Source: an uncultured Thermotogae bacterium
Lineage (GTDB): Bacteria; Bipolaricaulota; Bipolaricaulia; UBA7950; UBA9294
Assembly (NCBI GenBank): GCA_964528085.1
Contig: CAZGRE010000002.1
Location: 5,150-69,149, forward strand
Reading direction: 5' to 3'
Length of the DNA: 64,000 nt
Positions 22,180 through 30,320 of this stretch are shown in pieces. Each line of letters starts with the position of its first letter. Position 1 is the first letter of the stretch. The position numbers were made by a program, and so were the translations under genes. Under the pieces are notes generated by a model that made no database searches, was not told where the DNA came from, and worked only from the letters and a program-made list of their open reading frames with translations.

Positions 22180-22303
22180 CATCGGATATGGAATTTCCTT
22201 CGTCCTTGAGGGGGAGTGCGGCTGAAGGGGGGAGCCGATAACCGGCGGTTCACCTTTTTCTGAAACGAAGGTGGAGCTTTCGGTGTATAGTTGAATAACG
22301 GAG

Positions 22304-22885
22304 GTGAGAGCTGTGAGGCGATATGTTGGTGTTGCGTTGGTCCTTTTGGTCGTGTCAGTAGCTATGTTCAGCGTGGCTGCGGCTACCTCGACGGTTTATG
22401 GAACCCGCTTCAAGGTGGGAGAGACGATCCAGTTCAAGATCGAGGATTCCACGATCTGGTGGGGGGGCTGCTGCTGTTGCACATCCTGTACGGAGACTTC
22501 CGTCCTCGGATGGCATATCACCAACAGCGCAGGGCAGACGATCTACAACGCCATCAATGATGCCCCTGTCCCTGCGTCAAGCTGGGTCGGGACCTGGACG
22601 CAGATCGACGCGAACGACAACCCCGTCGGCGCAGGACAGTACATGCTCTACGTTGATACGTCCATCGGCACGCTGTCGCGCTGTTTCACGATCTACGATC
22701 CGTGCGGGTGTAACTATCCGTACTGGTGTAACGCGTGTACGTGCGAGGAGCTCCCGTCGATAACGAACTGCGGGTGCAAGACGACGCTCGTGTTCGTAGA
22801 TACGTGCCAGAACTGTTATTTCCCGTTCTTCTGGTGGTTCGGATGCTGCTCTTCGCCGTGCAGTAGCTGCGCAGGTTCTCCGTAG
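22304..22885 (+). CDS. Small secreted cysteine-rich protein (20 Cys, CCCC motif); start may be the GTG at 22313
   Basis: GTG starts at 22304/22313 after GGAGG; signal peptide VGVALVLLVVSVAMFSVAAA; mature protein has GGCCCCTSCTE and a C-terminal CGCNYPYWCNACTCEE...CGCK...CQNCYFPFFWWFGCCSSPCSSC. Confidence 0.6.
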   Translation: MRAVRRYVGVALVLLVVSVAMFSVAAATSTVYGTRFKVGETIQFKIEDSTIWWGGCCCCTSCTETSVLGWHITNSAGQTIYNAINDAPVPASSWVGTWTQIDANDNPVGAGQYMLYVDTSIGTLSRCFTIYDPCGCNYPYWCNACTCEELPSITNCGCKTTLVFVDTCQNCYFPFFWWFGCCSSPCSSCAGSP

Positions 22886-22946
22886 AGAGAATCCCGGGGG
22901 TCTTGAACGCCTACCTCGCAGCTGATACGCTTCTTTGTAGAGGCTT

Positions 22947-23029
22947 GCGAGGGTGGCGGAACTGGCAGACGCGCTAGCCTTAGGAGCTAGTGCCTTCGGG
23001 CGTGCGGGTTCGAATCCCGCCCTTCGCAT
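22947..23029 (+). tRNA. tRNA-Leu (anticodon TAG)
   Basis: Cloverleaf with long variable arm; anticodon loop CTTAGGA; acceptor GCGAGGG/CCCTTCGC; T-loop GGTTCGAATCC. Confidence 0.8.
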
Positions 23030-23069
23030 TTGAAGCTCCGTTGCGGACGGGCTATAATGTTGAGCTCAA

Positions 23070-23144
23070 GCGGGAATAGCTCAGCGGTAGAGCACTGCCT
23101 TGCCAAGGCAGGGGTCGCGGGTTCAAATCCCGTTTCCCGCTCCA
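23070..23144 (+). tRNA. tRNA-Gly (anticodon GCC), CCA encoded
   Basis: GCGGGAATAGCTCAGCGGTAGAGCA...anticodon loop TTGCCAA...GGTTCAAATCC...CCA. Confidence 0.85.
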
Positions 23145-23169
23145 AGCATCGAGCCGGGGAATGCCGACA

Positions 23170-23253
23170 GCCGGGATGGCGGAATTGGCAGACGCAAGGG
23201 ACTTAAAATCCTTTGAGGGTTTCCTCGTGCGGGTTCGACTCCCGCTCCCGGCA
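23170..23253 (+). tRNA. tRNA-Leu (anticodon TAA)
   Basis: GCCGGGATGGCGGAATTGGCAGACGC...anticodon loop CTTAAAA; long variable arm; GGTTCGACTCC; acceptor TCCCGGC. Confidence 0.8.
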
Positions 23254-23267
23254 AAACGAGAAGATAC

Positions 23268-23344
23268 CGCGGGGTGGAGCAATCTGGAAGCTCGTCGGGC
23301 TCATAACCCGGAGGTTGCCGGTTCGAATCCGGCCCCCGCAACCA
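23268..23344 (+). tRNA. Initiator tRNA-fMet (anticodon CAT), CCA encoded
   Basis: Near-identical to canonical bacterial tRNA-fMet (CGCGGGGTGGAGCA...CTCATAACCCG...GGTTCGAATCCGGCCCCCGCAACCA); unpaired C1:A72; three consecutive G-C pairs in the anticodon stem. Confidence 0.9.
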
Positions 23345-23349
23345 GACGA

Positions 23350-23424
23350 GGCGGCGTAGCTCAACCGGTTTAGAGCGCTCGGCTCATATCCGAGAGGTTC
23401 GGGGTTCGAGTCCCTGCGCCGCTA
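23350..23424 (+). tRNA. tRNA-Met (anticodon CAT; elongator Met or lysidine-modified Ile2, not distinguishable by eye)
   Basis: GGCGGCGTAGCTCAACCGGTTTAGAGCG...anticodon loop CTCATAT...GGTTCGAGTCC; acceptor closes with a G1:U72 wobble. Confidence 0.7.
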
Positions 23425-23432
23425 GTGATTTT

Positions 23433-23506
23433 GGGGGCGTAGCTCTAATCGGGAGAGCGCTGCGTTCGCAACGCAGAGGTTGGCGGTTCGAATCCGCTCG
23501 CCTCCA
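23433..23506 (+). tRNA. tRNA-Ala (anticodon CGC)
   Basis: GGGGGCGTAGCTC...anticodon loop TTCGCAA...GGTTCGAATCC; G3:U70 alanine identity pair. Confidence 0.85.
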
Positions 23507-23548
23507 CACTTTCCTCCAGGTTTCCTTTTCTCCAAACCCTCAAAGGAA

Positions 23549-23577
23549 AGCCGGGGGAGTTATTCACTCCCCCGGCT
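23549..23577 (-). terminator. GC-rich hairpin; intrinsic terminator for the minus-strand gene ending at 23605
   Basis: GCCGGGGGAGT-tattc-ACTCCCCCGGC, an 11-bp stem; on the minus strand it is followed by TTTCCTTT, on the plus strand by CTATGAC (not T-rich). Confidence 0.5.
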
Positions 23578-23604
23578 CTATGACAGAGTGATTAACCGAT
23601 TCAC

Positions 23605-24864
23605 CTACCAGCTCAGCCTGACTGAGAGCTTCCAGGCGGTAAAACCGGTTGTATCCACCGTGATCGAGCTAGACATACGGATTGAGGAGCCCAAGGCGAG
23701 GGTGACGCCCATCGTGCTCTGTGCCCAATCGAAAAGGAGACCGGTGGATGTGCTGAAGAACGTGTCCGCTGAGAAGGAGAACCCGCTTCCAAAAGGAGGT
23801 ACATCGACGGTGAGTGAGACGATCTCCCAATAGTCTTGGGGGTAGTAGATGTGCCCCTCTGTGATTGCTTCAGTGAGCGGTTCGACGACCGAGCCGAAGG
23901 CAGGGGTTGTGATCACGTAGTCGGTTGTATTCAGGTTCGAGATGCTGGTAAGGGAGGCTCCACCTATCTCCGCGGTAAACTTTATCCCGTAGATTTCAAG
24001 TGCGGTGATCGTCCCTCCGCTTTCAAGGAGGTTCGTATAAACAGATAGACAACCGTAGTCTGTCTCTAGCGATGGGGAGAACGTGTAGCTTGCCGACTGG
24101 AGGGTATAGGTGAAGTCGAGGACGAGGTTGAAAGGGATTCCGAATAGATGCAGGAAAGAGAGCTCGATCTCTTCACTTTCAAACCCTGTCTTCCCGAAAC
24201 TGGTTGTGCTCGACAGTTCGACACAGGTGAAAGCGTTGGCGGTGAACGTGAGATCCGCCCCGCAGAAGTAAGCCGGGATCGGCTCAATTGTTGGATCAGT
24301 CTCATACGTCTTCGACAGCACCGAGGGATCGGTATGGTCTCCCGTAGCGGTGAACGTGATTCCACTTAGATCCGCTCCGAAGTATATAGCGCTCTCGAAG
24401 GTAAAAAACCCGTCGATGATCTCTCCGTATAGATCGACTACGTACCCGTAGTTCACCGGTTCCGACTGTGTCTCTCCGACCATTGCTCCGTACAGGCTCA
24501 GCGTGAGGGGTGGGATCAAGACGGCCATTCTCCCCTGAGCGTAAAGGAATGAGCCACTCTGCGGCTCAAACAACAACTGCCCCGAGAAGCTAACTGGCCC
24601 TAACGCTGCGTCAAGGTCGAATTCTTGCCAGAGCCAGCCGTCAAATACGAAATCCGAGATGCTTGAAATCTCCAAGAAATCTAGGTGGAGTCCGACATCG
24701 AGCGTCGATTGGAAAGAGGTGAACGGCCTTGTCTGTTGGGGGGAGAGACCGATTTCGGCGAACCAACTGCCGGTGATGTATTCGCTTCCTCCGTTGTTTC
24801 CGGTTGCGATGACAAACGCCCCTAAGACTAATGCGATCGCGATCAGCAAGCCTCTGATGTTCAC
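23605..24864 (-). CDS. Hypothetical secreted beta-rich protein
   Basis: 419 aa; signal peptide MNIRGLLIAIALVLGAFVIATG; S/T/G-rich mature protein with alternating beta-strand pattern. Confidence 0.55.
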   Translation of the reverse strand: MNIRGLLIAIALVLGAFVIATGNNGGSEYITGSWFAEIGLSPQQTRPFTSFQSTLDVGLHLDFLEISSISDFVFDGWLWQEFDLDAALGPVSFSGQLLFEPQSGSFLYAQGRMAVLIPPLTLSLYGAMVGETQSEPVNYGYVVDLYGEIIDGFFTFESAIYFGADLSGITFTATGDHTDPSVLSKTYETDPTIEPIPAYFCGADLTFTANAFTCVELSSTTSFGKTGFESEEIELSFLHLFGIPFNLVLDFTYTLQSASYTFSPSLETDYGCLSVYTNLLESGGTITALEIYGIKFTAEIGGASLTSISNLNTTDYVITTPAFGSVVEPLTEAITEGHIYYPQDYWEIVSLTVDVPPFGSGFSFSADTFFSTSTGLLFDWAQSTMGVTLALGSSIRMSSSITVDTTGFTAWKLSVRLSW

Positions 24865-25106
24865 CGTCCACTCCCCTTTGTCCGCCTTGGAACCACTGCT
24901 GATTCAGGTAAGTTCCTCATCTAAGTGGTGTCCTCTCTGTCGCATTGACCGTAGTTCGAACTTGCCTTTCTCTCTACGGTGCACGACCGGAGGGAAGCGG
25001 AAATGGATCACCCGATCGGCCAGCGAACGTCCTCTCGGCTCCTGACAGACTCCCTCTTTATCGTTCCGTCTTGGCGGGCTCACCCCCTCCGGGTAGACTT
25101 CAGGGT

Positions 25107-25916
25107 ATGAGACGCTTTCTTATCGTCGCCCATAAGGCGCCGCTCGAGCCGGCGTTTTCGCTCGATGACCTCCCCGGCGGTGCGGGGAGGATCGATGTCC
25201 TCTGCCGGGCGATCGGCGCGTCGCTCTTCCTCTCCCACGGGATCAGGCGTGACGTGGAGACGATCCTTGTCCTTCGGGATGCCGTTCAGATCAGGATCGT
25301 CGGTGGACGCGTCAAGCGGCTCAACCCGGATGAGCGCTCGACCGCAGCCCTGATCAAGCATGCCCTTGCCGCCCTCGATTCGGAAGAGGTGGAGAGCACG
25401 CCCGGGATCTTCGCCTCGCGGGCCAGCCTCTCCGATGCCCTCGATCGGATCTACCAGTTGGGGGCGAGACCGGTCGTCCTTTCGGAGGGCGGTACCCCTG
25501 CCGAATCGTTCGACTTCCCGGCTGAGCCGGCGTTCATCCTCTCCGATCATCTCGATTTCACCCCGGAGGAGGATCTCCTCCTCTCGGACATCCCTCGCCT
25601 CTCCCTCGGCGAAAGGTCGCTTCATACGAGCCAGTGCATAACGATCCTCCACTACCTCCTCGACCGACGGGAGAGGGACAAGGAGGGCGATCTCGCCGTT
25701 TGCCACGTCGTGTGGGGCGAGCCAAAGGCGCAGCTGATCAAGGGGCTCCTCGAGGATTTCGGGATCCCTGCCAACCTCGTCGGGGACGTCCCGGCATCGG
25801 TCTACCCCTTCTCCCTCGACGGGCTCGCCAAGCGTCGGATCATGGTGAGGGAACGCGACCTCGAGCGGGCGCGGTCGATCATCCGCGATTATTTCGAGGA
25901 GCCGGTCGAGGAATGA
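25107..25916 (+). CDS. SPOUT-family RNA methyltransferase (TrmY/DUF358-like, tRNA pseudouridine-N1-methyltransferase type) fused to a C-terminal DUF2007-like domain
   Basis: ATG at 25107; MRRFLIVAHKAP...LDDLPGGAGRIDVLCRAIGASLFLSHGIRRDV resembles the TrmY N-terminal signature; C-terminal 70 aa (CHVVWGEPKAQLIKGLLEDFGIPANLV...VRERDLERARSII) resemble DUF2007. Confidence 0.5.
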   Translation: MRRFLIVAHKAPLEPAFSLDDLPGGAGRIDVLCRAIGASLFLSHGIRRDVETILVLRDAVQIRIVGGRVKRLNPDERSTAALIKHALAALDSEEVESTPGIFASRASLSDALDRIYQLGARPVVLSEGGTPAESFDFPAEPAFILSDHLDFTPEEDLLLSDIPRLSLGERSLHTSQCITILHYLLDRRERDKEGDLAVCHVVWGEPKAQLIKGLLEDFGIPANLVGDVPASVYPFSLDGLAKRRIMVRERDLERARSIIRDYFEEPVEE

Positions 25917-25950
25917 TCCGGCTCTTCCTCCGTTTTGCTAGAATGCTGAT

Positions 25951-26622
25951 GTGACCAGGAAGGGCAGGGAGGGAGACGAGTTCGCCGAACGCCGCGCATT
26001 CATGGTCGAACACCATCTGAGGCGGCGGGGGATCCGCGACGAGCGCGTATTGAAGGCGTTCCTCTCCGTCAGGCGGGAGGAGTTCGTCCCTCCGGAATGG
26101 AGGTACGCCGCGTACGCCGATCACCCCCTTCCGATCGGAGAGGGACAGACGATATCCCAGCCATATATAGTCGCTCTGATGACCGAGGAGCTCAAGCTGT
26201 CCGGGGGTGAAAGGGTCCTCGAGATTGGGACTGGTTCCGGGTATCAGACCGCGATCCTAGCCGAGCTAGAAGCTGATATCTGGACGATCGAGCGCTCAGC
26301 GGCCCTCAGCCGCGCAGCACAGGAGAGGCTCCACAGGCTCGGCTACAGGGGTATCCGGTTCGTGGTCGGTGATGGGACGATTGGCCTTCCCGCGGAGGCC
26401 CCGTTCGATCGGATAATCGCCACCGGCAGTTTTCCCTCCATTCCGACCGGGCTCCTCGCCCAGCTTCGGGAGGGAGGGATCTTCGTCGGCCCGGTCGGTG
26501 ACCTTTATGATCAGCGCCTCATCAAGGTAGAGTACCATCCCCCTCGATTCATAAGGAAGGACCTCGGCGCATGCCGGTTCGTCCCGCTGATCGGGAGGAG
26601 CGGATGGAGGACCGACCGGTGA
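25951..26622 (+). CDS. pcm: Protein-L-isoaspartate O-methyltransferase
   Basis: ISQPYIVALM and SAM-binding motif VLEIGTGSGYQTA. Confidence 0.9.
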   Translation: MTRKGREGDEFAERRAFMVEHHLRRRGIRDERVLKAFLSVRREEFVPPEWRYAAYADHPLPIGEGQTISQPYIVALMTEELKLSGGERVLEIGTGSGYQTAILAELEADIWTIERSAALSRAAQERLHRLGYRGIRFVVGDGTIGLPAEAPFDRIIATGSFPSIPTGLLAQLREGGIFVGPVGDLYDQRLIKVEYHPPRFIRKDLGACRFVPLIGRSGWRTDR

Positions 26623-26636
26623 GAAAGGAGGAACGG

Positions 26637-27713
26637 ATGAGGATCATCGATCTTCGAAGCGATACCGTCACCCGGCCGTCACTCGGGATGCGCAGGGCGA
26701 TGGCGGAGGCGAAGGTGGGGGATGACGTATTCAGTGAGGATCCTACCGTTCGCGAGCTTGAGGAGCGGATGGCAGAGCGGCTCGGGAAGGAGGCCGGTCT
26801 GTTCGTGGCCAGCGGGACGATGGGGAACCTCGTTGCGATCCTCACCCACGCCGGTCGGGGAGATGAGATGCTCCTCGGCGATCTATCCCATACGTTCATC
26901 TACGAGGGAGGGGGTCCGGCCGCTCTCGGTGGGGTACATCCCCATCCCCTGCCGAACCTCCTCGATGGGACGCTCGACATCGACCGGTTGAGGAGGGCGA
27001 TCCGGAATCCGACTGACATCCACCAGCCGCCGACCCGGCTGATCTGTCTTGAGAATACGCACAACCGCTGCGGCGGGGTCGTCCTTACCCCCTCCTATAC
27101 CGAGGCGGTCGCTGAGCTCGCCCACGATGCAGGGGCTCGCCTCCATCTCGACGGTGCGCGCCTGTTCAACGCCTCGGTCGCAACAGGGATCCCTGCCGCT
27201 AGCCTCGCCCGCGGGGCGGACTCGGTGATGGTCTGTCTGTCGAAGGGGCTTGGCTGCCCGGTCGGTTCGATCCTGTGCGGTGATCGCCGGTTCATCGAGC
27301 GGGCGCGTCGGATCAGAAAGCTTGTCGGCGGAGGGATGCGTCAAGCCGGGATCATCGCCGCCGCCGGGATCTACGCCCTTAAAAACAACATCGAACGCTT
27401 AGCTGATGATCACAGAAACGCAGTCAGGCTCGCATCCGGGATCGATGAGATCCCCGGGCTCTCCTCCCCCCAGGCGGGCAAGCCGCCTACTGCATGGACG
27501 AACCTCGTCTATTTCAGGATCGATCCTGATGCAGGTCGCGGCCGCCCCCTCACCGCTGCGAACCTCGTTGAGCGCCTCCGACGTAGGGGGGTGTTGGCTA
27601 TCTCGCTCGGAGGCAAAGGGGATCAAATCCGCATGGTGACGCATCTTGATATTAGGGAGTCGGACATCGATGCGGCCCTCGACGCCCTTCGGTCCGCGGT
27701 CGAGGAGACATGA
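26637..27713 (+). CDS. ltaE: Low-specificity L-threonine aldolase
   Basis: ATG at 26637 with AAGGAGG RBS; DLRSDTVTRP...GTMGN...SKGLGCPVGS (PLP lysine) motifs. Confidence 0.85.
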   Translation: MRIIDLRSDTVTRPSLGMRRAMAEAKVGDDVFSEDPTVRELEERMAERLGKEAGLFVASGTMGNLVAILTHAGRGDEMLLGDLSHTFIYEGGGPAALGGVHPHPLPNLLDGTLDIDRLRRAIRNPTDIHQPPTRLICLENTHNRCGGVVLTPSYTEAVAELAHDAGARLHLDGARLFNASVATGIPAASLARGADSVMVCLSKGLGCPVGSILCGDRRFIERARRIRKLVGGGMRQAGIIAAAGIYALKNNIERLADDHRNAVRLASGIDEIPGLSSPQAGKPPTAWTNLVYFRIDPDAGRGRPLTAANLVERLRRRGVLAISLGGKGDQIRMVTHLDIRESDIDAALDALRSAVEET

Positions 27714-27861
27714 GTCCCACCTTTTCCTGAATCACGTCGTCGCAGCAGACCGTCTGTGGGCTTCTCCGGCGAGAAGGCCGCCTTTATCGTGATGTACACC
27801 GGGTGGTGAGGGGCTGACTTGAGGCCCCGTCCCGGCTCATCGACCGCGCAAAGGGGGAACG

Positions 27862-28665
27862 ATGAAGGGGCTAGCGATTGGTCTGCTTGTAATCCTGCTG
27901 GGCGGCGCTGCTACGAGCGCTGGTCAGCTTGAGATGTCGATCGGCGGTGGACCGACCGCGATCTCCCTCAAAGGGATCAACGGATCGATCGGCGTCATCA
28001 ACACGGTTATCGATCTTCTAAACGAAACGTTCGCCATCCATCCGGATGTCACCGGCTCGGTCGACAGCCTCAAACCGATGTCGAGCGGGCTCGCCCTTTG
28101 CGCGGAGGAGCGCTACTGGCTGACCGATTGGTTCGCGTTCGGCGGGAGGTTCGAGTACCTCCGCTCCACGAGCGCCGTCTCGGGTGAATACCACGGGAGC
28201 GAGGTCTCGACGATCGACATCGCGCTCGACCTGAACGGGATCGGGCTCGTCCTCGGCGCCCGGGTGGTCTTCCTCGATATGGGGCTCGTCCTCGCCGCTG
28301 AAGGGGGAGTCGGCTACTACTACACGATGTTCGACCGCTCGATCACATTCGAGATCCCTTCCGAATACCCGGATGTGATATCCGTCGTCCCTCCCGAGGG
28401 GGAAGGACGCTACACCGGCGGAACGTTCGGCCTCGAGCTCGGCATCTCCCTCTACTACAGGATTGCTCCCTGGTTTTCAATAGGATCCAGCGTTTCATAT
28501 CGAAGTGGGTCGATCGAAGCCCCGTCCGATCGGGACGGGGATGGGCTCGATCTCGATGGAGATGGGGTGACGGAGGGGATTGACCTCGATGGGGTCTCGG
28601 TTCAGTTTACATTCTCTGTGAGTATCGATCTCGCCCTGACCGGGGAGAAAGGAGTGGCACAATGA
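27862..28665 (+). CDS. Hypothetical outer-membrane beta-barrel-like protein
   Basis: Signal peptide MKGLAIGLLVILLGGAATSAG; alternating aromatic/hydrophobic beta strands (WFAFGGRFEY, GYYYTMF, LYYRIAPWFSIGSSVSY); Asp-Gly repeats DRDGDGLDLDGDG. Confidence 0.5.
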   Translation: MKGLAIGLLVILLGGAATSAGQLEMSIGGGPTAISLKGINGSIGVINTVIDLLNETFAIHPDVTGSVDSLKPMSSGLALCAEERYWLTDWFAFGGRFEYLRSTSAVSGEYHGSEVSTIDIALDLNGIGLVLGARVVFLDMGLVLAAEGGVGYYYTMFDRSITFEIPSEYPDVISVVPPEGEGRYTGGTFGLELGISLYYRIAPWFSIGSSVSYRSGSIEAPSDRDGDGLDLDGDGVTEGIDLDGVSVQFTFSVSIDLALTGEKGVAQ

Positions 28666-29339
28666 GGGCTGCTAGGTTCTGTCTGCTTATCGTTGCGGCG
28701 ATCATCGTCGCTGTTTCGCTCAGCGGGTGCCTGATGAAGGACACGCATCCGAAGGCGGTGTTCACCGCCTCGCGCGCTGAGCAAGTGGTCCCGTTCACGG
28801 TCAGTTTCGATGGGACCCCCTCCTACAAGCCGAACGGGAAGATCGCTTCCTATCTTTGGACGTTCGGGGACGGGGCGGCCGATACCGGACCGGTCGTCGA
28901 TCATACCTACGTGGAGGATGGCGACTACGAGGTCCGCCTGACCGTGATCGACGAGGAAGGGATGTCGACCTCAAGCACGTTGACCGTCCACGCGCTCAAC
29001 CCTCCTCCGTCGGCCGAGTTCTCCTACAGTCCGAAGAGCAACATGGAGGGGGAGTACGTCGTCGGCGCGAGCGAGTGGATAACCTTCGACGGGACGGAGT
29101 CGACGGACGACGGTGAGGTCATGACTTACGAGTGGAACTTCGGTGACGGTACGACCGACTCCGGCCCCATCGTCCAGCATCGCTACCTGTATCCGGGGAC
29201 GTACAACGTCGTCCTCACCGTGACGGATAACGATGGAGGGAAGTCGAACTACGTGGAGAAGGTGACGATCGTCGGGGGGCCTCCGTGCAACGCCGATATC
29301 ACCGGGGATGTAACGTGGAACAGCGGGGGGCACAAATGA
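28662..29339 (+). CDS. PKD-domain lipoprotein (two PKD domains)
   Basis: Lipobox LSGC; two copies of the PKD signature WTFGDG / WNFGDG...Y.V.LTVTD. Confidence 0.8.
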   Translation: MRAARFCLLIVAAIIVAVSLSGCLMKDTHPKAVFTASRAEQVVPFTVSFDGTPSYKPNGKIASYLWTFGDGAADTGPVVDHTYVEDGDYEVRLTVIDEEGMSTSSTLTVHALNPPPSAEFSYSPKSNMEGEYVVGASEWITFDGTESTDDGEVMTYEWNFGDGTTDSGPIVQHRYLYPGTYNVVLTVTDNDGGKSNYVEKVTIVGGPPCNADITGDVTWNSGGHK

Positions 29340-30295
29340 CAAAGAGGCTGCTTATCATCGGGTTACTTCTCTCTCCGCTCTTCCTCTCTGGGTGCGTTCT
29401 CGACACGATCCTAAGCGATGTTGTCAATCATCCGCCGACGGCTGTTATCGATGCGTCGCCGTTGAGTGGGCCGGCCCCGCTCACCGTGTCGCTCGATGCC
29501 CACTTCTCTCACGACGAAGACGGCTCGATCATCGAGTACCACTGGGAGGTGGGGGATCCGGCGGCGACCGGTCCGCTCACCGGGAGTGCGTGCGAGTACA
29601 CGTTTACAAATCCCGGGACCTACCTCGTCAAGCTGACCGTGGTCGACGATGACGGGGCGAGCGACTCACAACAGGTCGCAATCGTCGTCACGAATGCCCC
29701 TCCGGTCGCCCAGGCGAAGGCGAACAAGACCTCCCCCTACCCAGGGGTCGAGGTAACGTTCAGCGCCGAGGGATCATACGACTACGACGGGACGATCGTC
29801 GACTACCGCTGGGATTTCGGGGACGGCGGATCGGCGATCGGTGAGACGGTGACCCACACCTATGCCGAAGGCGGCTACTACGTCGTCACCCTCGTCGTCA
29901 CCGACGATGAGGGGGCGAAGGGGTCGACCCATTTCGGGATCAACGTCCTCCCCGGGCACAGCAACTGCACGACCCCCCCGGCCGGTGGGGGTTCGTGTAA
30001 CGGCTCGTCGGTCACCCCGCTTGCCGTGATCACCGGCCTCCCCTCTTGTAGCGGGGGGGAGGCAGGGGTACCGCTTACGTTCGATGGGACCGCTTCCCGT
30101 CCGGCTGTCGGGAAGATCGTGACCTACCAGTGGGATTTCGGTGATGGCACGACCGCGACCGGTCCTGTCGTCACGCACACCTACACGAAGGCGTGGACGT
30201 ACATGGTCACTCTGACGGTCGTTGACGAGGGCGGAGGGGTCGGGACCGCGATCGGCTCTTGTCCGATCAGCGGAGGCACCTGCACCGGGGAATAG
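29336..30295 (+). CDS. PKD-domain lipoprotein (three to four PKD domains)
   Basis: ATG at 29336 overlapping the previous stop; lipobox FLSGC; repeated WEVGD/WDFGDG...TLVVTDDEG motifs. Confidence 0.8.
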   Translation: MTKRLLIIGLLLSPLFLSGCVLDTILSDVVNHPPTAVIDASPLSGPAPLTVSLDAHFSHDEDGSIIEYHWEVGDPAATGPLTGSACEYTFTNPGTYLVKLTVVDDDGASDSQQVAIVVTNAPPVAQAKANKTSPYPGVEVTFSAEGSYDYDGTIVDYRWDFGDGGSAIGETVTHTYAEGGYYVVTLVVTDDEGAKGSTHFGINVLPGHSNCTTPPAGGGSCNGSSVTPLAVITGLPSCSGGEAGVPLTFDGTASRPAVGKIVTYQWDFGDGTTATGPVVTHTYTKAWTYMVTLTVVDEGGGVGTAIGSCPISGGTCTGE

Positions 30296-30320
30296 GGGAT
30301 TCGGCAGTTCGCTCGGTCGA

